Source: Gammaproteobacteria bacterium (lineage in GTDB: Bacteria; Pseudomonadota; Gammaproteobacteria; JBCCGL01). From it: a stretch of DNA of 64,000 nucleotides. The notes beneath the pieces are model-generated. The model saw nothing but the letters and a program-made list of their open reading frames with translations, had not been told where the DNA came from and searched no databases. The DNA is taken from the NCBI GenBank assembly GCA_965277715.1, contig OZ255836.1, positions 2,176,001 through 2,240,000 on the forward strand. The letters are read 5' to 3'. Positions 1 to 10,910 of this stretch are shown in pieces. Each line of letters opens with the position of its first letter. Position 1 is the stretch's first letter. The position numbers and the translations under genes are program-made.

Positions 1-71
1 TTGCAGGTTATTTGTGCGCCGCGTGGGGCGCGGATACGGCGGCTTTCATCGCGTCGGGTCGATTGGTTCAT
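1..71 (-). CDS. hutU: Urocanate hydratase, N-terminal fragment (runs off the window start)
   Basis: Not in the ORF track. ATG at 71 reads MNQSTRRDESRRIRAPRGAQITCK, matching the urocanase N-terminal 'IRAPRG..L.CKSW' motif; lies directly downstream of hutC in a hut cluster otherwise lacking hutU. Confidence 0.85.
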   Translation of the reverse strand, partial: MNQSTRRDESRRIRAPRGAQITC

Positions 72-111
72 GGGATTGTTTCCAGGGTTGTTTAAATCGT
101 GCCAGGGTTAT

Positions 112-840
112 TTAATCCGGATGGTAGCGTGCGCCGAGATCGTAACGGCTGCTGGGGTAAATAAGGTCGACGGCAGTGACCACCACACCGGCCTTCCAGG
201 TGCGTCGTTGCAAACGCAGACATGGTTCTTCTGCGGGAATCGATAGCCGCAAAGCGGTATAGGCGTCGGGCAGAATCGCCTGCACGATGTGTTCGAGTTC
301 ATCCGGGCGAATTTCACCCATCAGGTATTCTGTGGGGGTGATGGTGGTGAAATCCATTTGTAAAAAATTAGGGACCAATGCCGGGTTAACGTGCCGGTTT
401 TCTAACTGAATAGGTATGTCATCCTGATGGTGTACCAGGGCGGCGTGGAATAAAGTATCGCCAACCTGCATACCCATACGCTCCGCCTGCACACGTGTGG
501 CCGTGACTTTATTCTGTGACAATATTTGTGCGTGATGGCATTTTCCCTGTAGGGTGATTTCATCGGTAATGGGCTTGAGTTCAATCAGGCTGGCATGACG
601 GGCAGGCTCGGCAACAAAGGTGCCCAGGCCCGGCACACGCTTCAATAGCCCCTCGGCACTCAGCTCGCGCAGTGGCCGGTTGATAGTCATGCGACTAACG
701 CCCCATGCGCTCGCCAACTGGTTCTCAGAGGGAATTTTCTCGCCGGGCAACCACACCCCGCTGCTGATTTTTTTGCTAATCGCCTCTCTTATCCGTTGGT
801 GTAGCGGCAGGCTGGCATTGCCCGACAGTGTCATCGTCAT
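112..840 (-). CDS. hutC: Histidine utilization repressor (GntR/HutC, UTRA domain)
   Basis: GntR wHTH 'IPSENQLASAWGVSRMTINRPLREL...GLGTFVAE' plus UTRA domain; ATG at 840 chosen because it follows the hutI stop. Confidence 0.93.
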   Translation of the reverse strand: MTMTLSGNASLPLHQRIREAISKKISSGVWLPGEKIPSENQLASAWGVSRMTINRPLRELSAEGLLKRVPGLGTFVAEPARHASLIELKPITDEITLQGKCHHAQILSQNKVTATRVQAERMGMQVGDTLFHAALVHHQDDIPIQLENRHVNPALVPNFLQMDFTTITPTEYLMGEIRPDELEHIVQAILPDAYTALRLSIPAEEPCLRLQRRTWKAGVVVTAVDLIYPSSRYDLGARYHPD

Positions 841-842
841 TG

Positions 843-2135
843 CTAGCTTAACCCCCGATACATAACGGTAATACATGGATTGCCGCCAATACGGTAACTC
901 AGCTCGGCAGGTTCACGGGCGCGCCACAACACCATATCGGCGCTTTTGCCGACTTCGAGGGTGCCGATTTCGTTGTGTAGCCCCAGTGCTTTGGCAGCGT
1001 GGCAGGTAACCCCCGCGAGGGCTTCGCCAGGCGTCATACGAAACAGTGTGCACGCCATATTCAACATCAGCAACAACGACCCAACCGGCGAGCTACCTGG
1101 GTTGCTGTCACTGGCCAACGCGATGGGGACGCCGTGTTTACGCAAACTGCTCAATGGCGGCAGTTGCGTTTCGCGCAGGCAGTAAAAGGCGCCTGGCAAC
1201 AGCACTGCTACGGTGCCTTGCTCCGCCAGTACAGGCACATCGTCTGCTGCCAGGTATTCGAGATGATCGACGGAGAGGGCATTGTGTCTGGCCGCCAGCA
1301 CAGCGCCCTGTAGATTGCTCAGTTGCTCCGCATGCAGCTTTATGGGCAGGCCGTGCTGGGCAGCGGCGGCGAATACCCGTTCGACCTGTACCGGGGAAAA
1401 ACCAATACCTTCACAGAAAGCATCGACGGCGTCGGCAAGCTGCTCTTTAGCAATACGCGGTAACATGGCGTTACAGACCAGATCGATATACGCATCGGCG
1501 CGCCCCTGATACTCCACCGGCAGTGCATGTGCACCGAGAAAACTGGTGACAATATTGACAGGCAGGTTGTCACCCAGATCACGCGCCACCCGCAACATTT
1601 TTACTTCGTCGTCGACATTCAAGCCATAGCCGGATTTTATTTCCACCGTGGTCACGCCTTCATTGAGCAGGCCGACCAGCCGTGGATGGGACTGCAGGTA
1701 CAACTCGGTCTGGCTGGCGGCGCGGGTAGCGGCGACAGTGGAGACAATGCCGCCACCGCTGCGGGCAATTTCCTCGTAACCCGCACCATTGAGGCGCATT
1801 TCAAATTCTTTGGCGCGATTGCCGCCGTAGACCAGATGTGTATGGCAGTCGATTAACCCCGGTGTCACCAGGTTTCCACCACAATCACGCTTCTCTGGAC
1901 AGCACTCAAAGACCGCTGGGGGCATATTCCAGCTTGGCCCTATCCACGCAATGCGGCCATTACTGATCGCGATAGCGGCATTATCTATCAGGCCAAACGC
2001 ACTGTTGCCGTTAGTTTGGCTGCCCGTATTATCAGGGACTGTATCGGGGGCCATTGTGGCCAGGCGAGCGTTGTGCCAAACACTGTCCCAGTGCGGGAGA
2101 GTATTGGCCGCTTGTGTATTAGTCGTTGCGTTCAT
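843..2135 (-). CDS. hutI: Imidazolonepropionase
   Basis: '[26 protein letters not shown]', 'EIKSGYGL', 'LHAEQLS', 'DSNPGSSP' motifs; hut context. Confidence 0.96.
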   Translation of the reverse strand: MNATTNTQAANTLPHWDSVWHNARLATMAPDTVPDNTGSQTNGNSAFGLIDNAAIAISNGRIAWIGPSWNMPPAVFECCPEKRDCGGNLVTPGLIDCHTHLVYGGNRAKEFEMRLNGAGYEEIARSGGGIVSTVAATRAASQTELYLQSHPRLVGLLNEGVTTVEIKSGYGLNVDDEVKMLRVARDLGDNLPVNIVTSFLGAHALPVEYQGRADAYIDLVCNAMLPRIAKEQLADAVDAFCEGIGFSPVQVERVFAAAAQHGLPIKLHAEQLSNLQGAVLAARHNALSVDHLEYLAADDVPVLAEQGTVAVLLPGAFYCLRETQLPPLSSLRKHGVPIALASDSNPGSSPVGSLLLMLNMACTLFRMTPGEALAGVTCHAAKALGLHNEIGTLEVGKSADMVLWRAREPAELSYRIGGNPCITVMYRGLS

Positions 2136-2182
2136 TGTCCATCTGTATGCGTAAATTAATGAATCAGGTAATTAAAACATCT

Positions 2183-2194
2183 TTGTATATACAA
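2183..2194. promoter_or_regulatory. HutC operator (perfect palindrome TTGTATATACAA)
   Basis: Matches the HutC TGTA-N2-TACA consensus; about 50 bp upstream of hutI in the divergent hut intergenic region. Confidence 0.8.
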
Positions 2195-2258
2195 GTATAG
2201 AGATCATGCTTTACACTCTATATCAGTGTGTTTTTTTATCAATAGCAGATCGCAGTAT

Positions 2259-2320
2259 TTGACAGTAACGTTATGCCACTTACAGTGAACGCCATAATCC
2301 GCTTTACTTATACAGACAAC
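2259..2320 (+). promoter_or_regulatory. Putative sigma70 promoter for hutFHG (TTGACA-N16-TACAGT) followed by a degenerate second HutC site (CTTATACAGACAAC, 2307-2320)
   Basis: Consensus -35 at 2259-2264, -10-like hexamer at 2281-2286; second operator-like site differs at 2 positions from CTTGTATAGACAA. Confidence 0.45.
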
Positions 2321-2499
2321 CAGTAATGAATCTATTTGAACAAAAAACATTGACCAACCTTGATGAAACAAAGCGCTGGTTGGGCTAGCTGGATGCAAAG
2401 GCTACCCGCCACATCACCGTTACAGCCAATGCTAAACATTTCCAACCCATCACGGATTTACAGTTGGTGTTATTTAAACCTAACTAACGGGCTAGCCAA

Positions 2500-3885
2500 T
2501 TGAAAACGCTGTACTTTGAACACGTGTTACTGCCTGAAGGCTGGGCAAACCAAGTGCGCATCGATACCGACACACAAGGTAATATCGCTGCGATCAAAAC
2601 AGATTGTGACCTGGCGCGCAGCGGAACAGACCAGGTACACCCCGGTTGCCTGCTGCCCGGCATGGCAAACCTGCACTCCCACGCCCACCAGCGTGCTATG
2701 GCCGGCCTGGCGGAACGAGCGGGGGATAGCGACGACAGCTTCTGGACCTGGCGAAGCACCATGTACCAGTTTCTGGATGCGATTCAACCCCAGCACTTAT
2801 ACGCCATAGCCTCCCAGCTTTACCTGGAAATGCTCAAGGCGGGCTATACACGCGTTGCCGAGTTTCAATATCTGCACCACCAAACCGATGGCTGTCACTA
2901 CGATGCGATTGCCGAGATGTCGCTAGGCACGCTGGCGGCCGCCCGTGCTGTAGGTATCGGCATAACGAACCTGCCCGTGCACTATCAATTCGGTGGTTTT
3001 GGTGGGCGGGCGATCAGCGCGCAACAGCGGCGCTTTGCCAATGACCCCGAACACTTTCTACAAATCGTCGACGCCCTTGTGCGTGAAAGCGGTGAGGATG
3101 CCAACGTCGTCACCGGTATTGCCGCCCATTCACTGCGGGCGATTACCCGGGATACTTTTGATGAAGTACTCGATGAGTTCGCCAACCGGGTTTGCCTGCC
3201 TATACACATCCACATTGCCGAACAGACCAGGGAAGTTGACGACTGCATCGCCTGGAGCGGTGCGCGCCCGGTTGAGTATTTATACGACCACTTCCCGGTC
3301 GACAAACAATGGTGTTTGATTCACGCAACCCATATGACCGATGCTGAAACGCAGCACGTCGCTGCAAGCGGTGCAGTGGCGGGCTTATGCCCCACCACTG
3401 AAGGCAATCTCGGCGACGGGTTCTTTAATGCCAAACACTACCTCGATAGTGGCGGTCGGTTTGGTATCGGCTCAGACAGCCATATTTCCATCTCCCCCAC
3501 CGAAGAGCTTCGCTGGTTTGAATACGGGCAGCGGTTGCTGTACCGATCGCGCAATCAATTGTCCGGTGGTTACCGGCGCAGCACCGGGCGCAATCTATTT
3601 GATCTGGCGGTTGCGGGCGGTGCCCAGGCCTGCGGTCATAACAGTGGCCGCATCGCCGTTGGCTGCCGCGCAGATTTTATCGTGCTGGATACCGACCACC
3701 CACTGCTGTGTGAGCGCAGCGGTGACGCTATTATCGATAGCTGGATTTTTTCCGGTAACGGGAATACCGTCCGCGATGTGTATGTCGGCGGTGAACAGGT
3801 AATCGTGCAAGGCAAGCATAAAAATGAAGAGGCGATTCAAAGCGCCTTTAAAACCACCTTAAAAATACTGCGGGGGTCTGTGTGA
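2500..3885 (+). CDS. hutF: Formimidoylglutamate deiminase
   Basis: '[20 protein letters not shown]...DSFWTWR', '[11 protein letters not shown]', '[11 protein letters not shown]', 'GSDSHISI'; TTG start. Confidence 0.95.
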   Translation: MKTLYFEHVLLPEGWANQVRIDTDTQGNIAAIKTDCDLARSGTDQVHPGCLLPGMANLHSHAHQRAMAGLAERAGDSDDSFWTWRSTMYQFLDAIQPQHLYAIASQLYLEMLKAGYTRVAEFQYLHHQTDGCHYDAIAEMSLGTLAAARAVGIGITNLPVHYQFGGFGGRAISAQQRRFANDPEHFLQIVDALVRESGEDANVVTGIAAHSLRAITRDTFDEVLDEFANRVCLPIHIHIAEQTREVDDCIAWSGARPVEYLYDHFPVDKQWCLIHATHMTDAETQHVAASGAVAGLCPTTEGNLGDGFFNAKHYLDSGGRFGIGSDSHISISPTEELRWFEYGQRLLYRSRNQLSGGYRRSTGRNLFDLAVAGGAQACGHNSGRIAVGCRADFIVLDTDHPLLCERSGDAIIDSWIFSGNGNTVRDVYVGGEQVIVQGKHKNEEAIQSAFKTTLKILRGSV

Positions 3886-5405
3886 ATAAAATACTACTGG
3901 TTCCAGGTGAGCTAAACCTGGCCGTGTTACGTCGTGTGTATTTCCAGGGTATCAGCTTAGACATTGACGAAACAACCTGGCAACAGGTCGAGTCTGCGCA
4001 GGCGGTGGTGCGCGATAAGGTCGAAAGTGGTGAGATTGTCTATGGCGTCAATACCGGCTTTGGCCAACTGGCGCAAAAGCATATTGACGCCACATTACTC
4101 AGCGAATTACAGCATAACCTGATTTTGTCCCATGCAACCGGCGTTGGTGAATACATCGAAGACGCCACGGTGCGTTTGATTCTGCTGTTGAAGATCAACG
4201 CGCTGGCGCGTGGTGCATCGGGTATTCGCCGTGAAGTGCTGCGGCTATTGCTGGCAATGCTGAATAACAATATTCTCCCGGCCATTCCAGAAAAGGGTTC
4301 AGTCGGTGCATCGGGTGATTTGGCTCCCCTGGCACACTTGAGCCTGCCGGTGATCGGCGAGGGCAAGGTGCGTGTTGCCGGTGAATTGCTGGACAGCCGC
4401 AATGCGTTCCAGCGTGCCGGGTTGTCGCCGCTGCAACTGACCGCCAAAGAGGGCCTGGCGTTGTTGAACGGCACCCAGGTATCCACCGCCCTGGCGTTGA
4501 AAGGCTTGTTCGCCGCCGAGCAGAATATCAACGCGGCGTTTGTCGCGGGCAGCCTGACCGTCGAGGCAGCACTCGCCAGCCGGGTGCCATTTGATGCCCG
4601 CATTCATGCGGTGCGCGGGCAAACCGGCCAAATCGAAGCGGGGGGCATTTATCGCGCACTGTTGAAAACCAGTGAAATCGCCGAATCGCACGCCAACTGC
4701 AATAAAGTACAGGATCCCTACTCATTGCGCTGTCAGCCTCAGGTAATGGGCGCCTGCCTCGATCAACTGCGCAATGCAGCGCAGATCATCGAAACCGAGG
4801 CCAACGCGGTATCAGATAACCCCCTGATCTTTACCGGGGAGGACGATATTCTTTCGGGCGGCAATTTCCATGCGCAACCGATTGCATTCGCCGCCGACAA
4901 TATCGCCCTGGCCATCGCCGAAATAGGGGCGTTATCTGAGCGCAGAATGGCCTTATTACTGGATACCAACCTCAGTCAACTGCCACCTTTTTTGGTGAAG
5001 GATGCGGGGGTTAACAGTGGTTTTATGATTGCACAGGTGACTGCCGCCGCCCTGGCCAGTGAAAACAAAAGCCTCGCCCATCCCGCCAGCGTCGACAGCT
5101 TACCGACCTCAGCCAACCAGGAAGACCATGTCAGCATGGCCACCTTTGCGGCACGTCGACTGAGTGATATGAACCTCAATACCCGCTATGTAGTGGCGAT
5201 TGAGCTGTTGGCCTCCTGCCAGGGGATTGAATTACGTCGCCCCCTGAAGTCCAATCAGTTGCTGGAAAAATACTGGGATAAGGTGCGCCAGGTCGCCGCC
5301 TACTGGGATCACGACCGCTACTTTCAGCCTGACCTTGAGGCAATTGCCACACTCATTCAGCAGAATACATTTGGCGATTGGGCAAACGCCTTTATTGGGC
5401 ATTAG
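3882..5405 (+). CDS. hutH: Histidine ammonia-lyase
   Basis: 'VYGVNTGFG', MIO-forming '[14 protein letters not shown]', '[12 protein letters not shown]', '[10 protein letters not shown]'; 4-bp overlap with hutF. Confidence 0.97.
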   Translation: MNKILLVPGELNLAVLRRVYFQGISLDIDETTWQQVESAQAVVRDKVESGEIVYGVNTGFGQLAQKHIDATLLSELQHNLILSHATGVGEYIEDATVRLILLLKINALARGASGIRREVLRLLLAMLNNNILPAIPEKGSVGASGDLAPLAHLSLPVIGEGKVRVAGELLDSRNAFQRAGLSPLQLTAKEGLALLNGTQVSTALALKGLFAAEQNINAAFVAGSLTVEAALASRVPFDARIHAVRGQTGQIEAGGIYRALLKTSEIAESHANCNKVQDPYSLRCQPQVMGACLDQLRNAAQIIETEANAVSDNPLIFTGEDDILSGGNFHAQPIAFAADNIALAIAEIGALSERRMALLLDTNLSQLPPFLVKDAGVNSGFMIAQVTAAALASENKSLAHPASVDSLPTSANQEDHVSMATFAARRLSDMNLNTRYVVAIELLASCQGIELRRPLKSNQLLEKYWDKVRQVAAYWDHDRYFQPDLEAIATLIQQNTFGDWANAFIGH

Positions 5406-5407
5406 GC

Positions 5408-6196
5408 ATGCGTGAAATCTATGCATTTACCCCTGGCAATACACCAATATTGGTGAGCATGCCGCATTCGGGCGAGCACATCCCCCCAGACATATTGCCC
5501 CGCCTGAGTCAGCCCGCACAAACACTGCCAGACACCGACTGGCATATCCCCAGGCTGTACAGTTTTGTTTTACAACAGGGCCATAGCGTATTGCAGGCCA
5601 ACTACAGCCGCTATGTGGTTGACCTCAATCGCCCGCCGGATAACACATCCCTCTACCCTGGGCAGGCGACCACCGGCCTGTGCCCGGAAACGCTGTTCGA
5701 TGGTGAGCCCTTATACCGTGACGGAGAGGTTTTGAATGAAACGGAGATTGCTGTGCGCCGCGAAACCTATTGGCGCCCTTATCACGATAAACTGGCACAG
5801 GCGCTGGCGACAATAAAGGCGAGGTTTGGTTACGCACTGCTTTATGATGCGCATTCAATCACCTCACACGTGCCGCGTCTATTTACAGGGCAACTGCCCG
5901 ATTTAAACCTTGGCACTGCCAGCGGTGAGAGCTGTAGTCCCGCCATTCAACAGGCTGTCTTTAATGTTATTGGCGCCAGTGATTATCGCGCCGTTGTCAA
6001 TGGGCGTTTTCGTGGGGGCTATATTACCCGCCACTACGGTTGTCCTGAAAATAATGTGCACGCTGTTCAAATGGAAATTGCCCAACGCACCTACATGAGT
6101 GAAGCGGGTGATTTTCGTTATGATGCGCAGCGCGCAGAAAAACTACAAAAGGTGTTGATAGAATTGTTTGAGGCATTGCGTGAGGTGGCAATATAA
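5408..6196 (+). CDS. hutG: N-formylglutamate deformylase
   Basis: 'LVSMPHSG', 'DTDWHIPRLY', 'SRYVVDLNRP', 'DAHSI', 'NGRFRGGYITRHYG'; ATG at 5408 just after the hutH stop. Confidence 0.93.
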   Translation: MREIYAFTPGNTPILVSMPHSGEHIPPDILPRLSQPAQTLPDTDWHIPRLYSFVLQQGHSVLQANYSRYVVDLNRPPDNTSLYPGQATTGLCPETLFDGEPLYRDGEVLNETEIAVRRETYWRPYHDKLAQALATIKARFGYALLYDAHSITSHVPRLFTGQLPDLNLGTASGESCSPAIQQAVFNVIGASDYRAVVNGRFRGGYITRHYGCPENNVHAVQMEIAQRTYMSEAGDFRYDAQRAEKLQKVLIELFEALREVAI

Positions 6197-6296
6197 AATT
6201 GACAGTAAGTGGATAACAAACACAGGCACACCCAGCACCTACCCCCGCCACTCAAGCACTCCCTATTGCTGAAAATACAATCCGATTGAGCATCGC

Positions 6297-7070
6297 CTAC
6301 TCCCCATGCCGCACGAATGGCGAATAAACGGGTGCTCCCGAAACCAGCCTTTTCGTTTCGTCGAAGTCTTCATCACGGTTGTACTTGATCTGTGGTCTTG
6401 AAGCGATTACCTCCAGTGTTTGCGCCCAGCGACTGGAGTAGGTTTCCAGTGTGCTCAACCCACCTTCGTGGTGTTCTATGAAGGCGACACCGCCGACGCC
6501 ATGAAAAATCTCAGGTTGAAGCACATCAAACCCCAGGTATCTAAATGGAAAGAGCAACGGCCAAAGATGAAGTTGCGTATCCCCTTCCCTGCCGTTATAA
6601 GAACAGGATTCCTCGCTCGCGCCAGTGGTTATGCACGCGATCACTTTCTTGCCCGCACAGATACCCTTGTCATAACGCATAACGCTTCGATACAGCCGAC
6701 CATACACAAAGACCCGATCCATCCAGCCTTTGAGGATTGCGGGCATACCAAACCACCATAAAGGAAAATGGATAACCAACAAATTGCACGCCAACAAACG
6801 CTGTATTTCCGCTTCTATTTCCAGGGGCAGGGTTCCACTTTCCGCATTGTGACGCTGTTCGGTTTGGGCATGAAAAACCCCGGTATCTTTGCGGGAACGA
6901 TAGTGTTGCGGCGCCTCTCTAGGGTCGAAGTCCATGGCGTAGAGGTCAGACAGCGTGGTCTGCCACCCGGTGGCACCGAGCACTTGTTGTGAGGTGCCTG
7001 ATAAGTGCGCATTAAAAGATTGTGCCTCTGGATGTGCCAGAACGATGTGGGCTTTCACACTGATTACCAC
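6297..7070 (-). CDS. NAD(P)H-dependent oxidoreductase (flavodoxin-like fold, NQO/KefF family)
   Basis: 'IVLAHPEAQSFN', 'DLYAMDFDP', 'FPLWWFGMPAILKGWMDRVF'; true start may be GTG at 7058. Confidence 0.88.
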   Translation of the reverse strand: MVISVKAHIVLAHPEAQSFNAHLSGTSQQVLGATGWQTTLSDLYAMDFDPREAPQHYRSRKDTGVFHAQTEQRHNAESGTLPLEIEAEIQRLLACNLLVIHFPLWWFGMPAILKGWMDRVFVYGRLYRSVMRYDKGICAGKKVIACITTGASEESCSYNGREGDTQLHLWPLLFPFRYLGFDVLQPEIFHGVGGVAFIEHHEGGLSTLETYSSRWAQTLEVIASRPQIKYNRDEDFDETKRLVSGAPVYSPFVRHGE

Positions 7071-7211
7071 CGTTATTTGGATTTTTAAGGTTGCTTCAAT
7101 AAAATCAGTAACAAATTGTAGACAATTGACCAGCAGCTAAAACAACCCGTATTCTACCCGAAAGCCACTGCCAGGGCTTTATCAAAGAATAGAGACAACA
7201 AGGGCACCATA

Positions 7212-7577
7212 GTGACTTACGATAAATACAATGATTTTTGCCATTCCCTACCGGCAACATCCTATATTGTTCAATGGAGCGACGCCCATGTCTGGAAGGT
7301 AGGAGGCAAAGTATTTGCTATCGGTGGCTGGGGAAAATCCGGTAGCCCCGCATTCACCTTTAAAACCTCAGCGCTCAATTTCGAGTTTTTACGGGACGAA
7401 CCCGGTTTCAGGCCGGCCCCTTACATGGCGTCTCGTGGCATGAAGTGGATACAGCAATACGATGCGCCTGAAAGCTCAGATGATGAACTTAAATACTACC
7501 TTAAAGAATCTCACCGGATTGTTTCCTTAGGGCTGACTAAAAAAAAGCAAAGGGAGCTTGGTCTCAACCAAAGCTGA
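7212..7577 (+). CDS. MmcQ/YjbR family DNA-binding protein
   Basis: 'VWKVGGKVFAI', 'PAPYMASRGMKWI', 'LKESHRIVSLGLTKK' are typical of YjbR/MmcQ. Confidence 0.85.
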   Translation: MTYDKYNDFCHSLPATSYIVQWSDAHVWKVGGKVFAIGGWGKSGSPAFTFKTSALNFEFLRDEPGFRPAPYMASRGMKWIQQYDAPESSDDELKYYLKESHRIVSLGLTKKKQRELGLNQS

Positions 7578-7729
7578 AGAAAAGAAATGACATCGATTGG
7601 CATACCTTTAGTGTTCACAGCAACCACAACTATCGATTACATCAAACCCAATAAGCGGCGTATTTCGTTTTTATATTGTTTACGCCTGCGTCTACCTTAT
7701 TTCCAGTGAATGACCGTAGCGACGCCAAT

Positions 7730-8743
7730 ATGAAATTCAGCATCCAGCTTTCTGCCTACTACCCAGATAAAACCTACGGCGGTGACCGGGTTTATGCAGA
7801 TATGCTGGAACAGGCGAAGCTGGCGGACCGGATGGGCTTTGATGCGGTATCCATTACCGAACACCACTTGATTAATATTCTGATGATGCCCGCACCACTA
7901 CAATTTGCGGTAAAGCTGGCCAGCGTGACCGAACAGGTAAAGATTATTACCAGTGTGACGGTATTGCCGTTACACGATATGCGGGTTTATGCCGGTGAAT
8001 TGGTGTGTGCGGATATTTTCACCGACAACCGTTTGATGCTGGGCGTGGGGCGCGGGGCCTTTGCCTTTGAGATGGGTCGCCTGGGGGTGCCGCTGGCGGA
8101 CAGCCGCGAAAAGTTTGATGAGTCGCTGAACGTATTACAAGCCCTACTCAAAGACGAAGAGGTGTCCTGGAACGGCAAATACTATCAATTCGCGCCACTG
8201 ACCATTATGCCCCGGCCAGTCTCTGAGATCCCGATTATGATGGGGGTTTTGGTGCCGGAGGCTATTTATGCCTGCACCAAACGTGGTTTCCATATCCAGA
8301 CAACCCCCCTATCTGGTGACCATCAGCATATGCTGGGCCAGGTGAACGCCTTTAAGCGGGCGAAGGAGGAAATGGGCAAAGCGGGTGAACACCTGACACT
8401 GTCGCTGTCACGCGTGACGTTTTTATCGCACAATGGCGAAGATCAACAGCGCAAAATCGCGCAGGCCCACGATTATTATCGCCGTTTTGATAATGTATTT
8501 ACCGGGCCGGGGATTGTCGAACGTGGCATGATAAAACCCCTGCCACGCACGATGACGCTGGCACAAACAGCGGAGAATCTAACAATCTGTACCCCGACTG
8601 AAATGGTGGATAAATTGATGCCTTATGCAGAGGCCGGTGTGGATCGTTTTATTATGAATGTCAACTTCGGCATGAACCAGGCAGAGACACTGGCATCAAT
8701 ACAGTGTTTTGCCGAGGAAGTCATGCCACATTTTATCAACTGA
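7730..8743 (+). CDS. LLM-class (luciferase-like) flavin-dependent oxidoreductase
   Basis: 'ADRMGFDAVSITEHH', 'RLMLGVGRGAFAFE', 'FAEEVMPHF'; ATG at 7730. Confidence 0.9.
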   Translation: MKFSIQLSAYYPDKTYGGDRVYADMLEQAKLADRMGFDAVSITEHHLINILMMPAPLQFAVKLASVTEQVKIITSVTVLPLHDMRVYAGELVCADIFTDNRLMLGVGRGAFAFEMGRLGVPLADSREKFDESLNVLQALLKDEEVSWNGKYYQFAPLTIMPRPVSEIPIMMGVLVPEAIYACTKRGFHIQTTPLSGDHQHMLGQVNAFKRAKEEMGKAGEHLTLSLSRVTFLSHNGEDQQRKIAQAHDYYRRFDNVFTGPGIVERGMIKPLPRTMTLAQTAENLTICTPTEMVDKLMPYAEAGVDRFIMNVNFGMNQAETLASIQCFAEEVMPHFIN

Positions 8744-8755
8744 ACAGGGGCTGAG

Positions 8756-9538
8756 ATGGCAGCGGTAGCCTGTAGTTATAGTGTCAGCGGCCAAGGCCCG
8801 GCTTTGTATATGGTGCACGGTATTGGTGCGCGCAAAGCAACCTGGCGTGGTTTACTGGCGGGTTTGCAGGATCGGTTTACCTGCGTCACCTACGATTTGC
8901 GTGGCCACGGTGAAAGCCCGGTACCAGAGCCACCTTATACGCTGGATGAACTGGTCGGGGATCTGGAGGCTTTACGGGAAAAGCTGGGCCACGAGCAGAT
9001 TCATGTGATTGGCCATTCGCTGGGCGGCATGATTGGCCCGGCCTATGCGCGGGCTTACCCTGACAGGGTATTGAGTGTCGGCCTGCTGAGTACTGCGGCG
9101 GGGCGCACTGAAGAGGACCGTGCCAAGTTACAGGCCGTCGGTAATGCCATGCAGGAAAAGGGCGTGGTGCCGGTATTGAGCACCTTTGTTGAGCGCTGGT
9201 ATACGGATGCATTTATTCAACGCGCACCCGAGGTGATTCGGGCGCGCCTGCAACAAGTACAGGATACCCCGGAAGCCGTGTTTCTCAGTGTATTCTGGAT
9301 TTATGCCACAACAGAAATGGCCCCCTGGTTGCACGAGATTACCTGCCCCTGCTTGGTATTAACCGGTGAGCTGGACGGTGGGTGTAACCCACGCCTGAAC
9401 CGCTTTATCGCTGCGCAACTACCGGATTCAGAACTGGTGGTTCTCAAGGGGTTGAAGCACTCGCTGTTAATTGAAGCACCTGAGCGGGTGTTGCCTCCCC
9501 TGCAACAGTTTTTAAACCGAAATATGCCCATATCCTGA
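8756..9538 (+). CDS. Alpha/beta hydrolase (3-oxoadipate enol-lactonase-like)
   Basis: 'YDLRGHGES', nucleophile elbow 'GHSLGGMI', 'TGELD', 'KHSLLIEAP'. Confidence 0.85.
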   Translation: MAAVACSYSVSGQGPALYMVHGIGARKATWRGLLAGLQDRFTCVTYDLRGHGESPVPEPPYTLDELVGDLEALREKLGHEQIHVIGHSLGGMIGPAYARAYPDRVLSVGLLSTAAGRTEEDRAKLQAVGNAMQEKGVVPVLSTFVERWYTDAFIQRAPEVIRARLQQVQDTPEAVFLSVFWIYATTEMAPWLHEITCPCLVLTGELDGGCNPRLNRFIAAQLPDSELVVLKGLKHSLLIEAPERVLPPLQQFLNRNMPIS

Positions 9539-9646
9539 ACACCCCCTCTCAGTACACTTACATTCATTCGCCCAAAGCTGGATCAGGTTACACTCAAGAG
9601 GGTGTTAGAATTAACCCTTTAAGCATCGCCACCGGAACCACTGCCT

Positions 9647-10852
9647 ATGACGCCCGAACAAGCCCGTGCCAAACCCGCTGAACTGGTTTGGGAAGACCCC
9701 TTTTTATTGGAAGAGCAACTGGACGATGAAGAGCGGTTGATCCGCGACACTGCCCACGACTACTGCCAGGAAAAACTCCTGCCACGGGTGATCGAAGCTA
9801 ATCGCCATGAGACCTTTGACCGCGATATTATGTTTGAGATGGGCGAGCTCGGCCTGCTCGGCTCGACGCTCCCAACACAATATGGCTGTGCTGGCACCAA
9901 TTACACCGCCTATGGGTTGGTGGCGCGTGAAGTCGAGCGCGTCGATTCCGGTTACCGCTCGGCAATGTCGGTGCAATCATCTCTGGTAATGCACCCTATT
10001 TTTGCTTACGGCAGCGAACCACAGCGGGAGAAGTATCTGCCCAGGCTAGCCAGTGGTGAGTGGGTTGGCTGCTTTGGTTTGACCGAACCGGATCACGGTT
10101 CAGACCCCGGCTCAATGATTACCCGCGCCAGGCCGGTCGATGGCGGGTATTCGCTGTCGGGCGCCAAAAATTGGATTACTAACGCACCGATTGCCGATGT
10201 GTTTATCATTTGGGCCAAGTCTGACGCGCACGACGGAAAAATTCGCGGCTTTATTCTGGAAAAAGGTATGGCTGGCTTGCTAGCGCCCCGAATCGAAGGC
10301 AAATTCTCGCTGCGCGCCTCAGCCACCGGCATGATCCAGATGGACGAGGTGCAAGTGCCCGAGGAAAACCTCCTGCCCAATATTAGTGGTCTGGCTGGCC
10401 CTTTTGGCTGCCTCAATCGTGCTCGCTTTGGTATCGCCTGGGGCAGCATGGGGGCGGCTGAAACCTGCTGGCACGCGGCACGCAGTTATACGCTGGCGCG
10501 CAAACAGTTTGGCAGGCCACTGGCGGCGAACCAACTGATTCAGAAAAAGCTGGCCGATTTTCAGACCGAGATCAGTCTTGGTTTACAGGGCTGCCTGCGT
10601 TTAGGGCGGCTGATGGACGAAGGCCGTGCCCCGGCGGAGTTGATTAGTTTGATGAAGCGCAATAACTGCGGCAAGGCGCTGGATATTGCCCGTGTGGCGC
10701 GTGATATGCACGGCGGTAATGGGGTGTCGGATGAGTATGGTGTTATCCGCCATGTGATGAATCTGGAGGCGGTGAATACCTATGAGGGGACTCACGATGT
10801 GCATGCGTTGATTCTTGGTCGGGCGCAGACTGGATTGCAGGCATTTATGTAG
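9647..10852 (+). CDS. gcdH: Glutaryl-CoA dehydrogenase
   Basis: '[11 protein letters not shown]', '[23 protein letters not shown]', '[14 protein letters not shown]', '[25 protein letters not shown]'. Confidence 0.92.
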   Translation: MTPEQARAKPAELVWEDPFLLEEQLDDEERLIRDTAHDYCQEKLLPRVIEANRHETFDRDIMFEMGELGLLGSTLPTQYGCAGTNYTAYGLVAREVERVDSGYRSAMSVQSSLVMHPIFAYGSEPQREKYLPRLASGEWVGCFGLTEPDHGSDPGSMITRARPVDGGYSLSGAKNWITNAPIADVFIIWAKSDAHDGKIRGFILEKGMAGLLAPRIEGKFSLRASATGMIQMDEVQVPEENLLPNISGLAGPFGCLNRARFGIAWGSMGAAETCWHAARSYTLARKQFGRPLAANQLIQKKLADFQTEISLGLQGCLRLGRLMDEGRAPAELISLMKRNNCGKALDIARVARDMHGGNGVSDEYGVIRHVMNLEAVNTYEGTHDVHALILGRAQTGLQAFM

Positions 10853-10910
10853 TGTCTGCTTACGCGGCCATCTTATCTATAAATCAATTCAACATTGGGG
10901 AAGTTGTAGA

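Noticed and set aside
9538-9606. Inverted repeat AACACCCCCTCT / AGAGGGTGTT upstream of gcdH
   Set aside because: Short, imperfect and widely spaced; no TSD or second copy seen.
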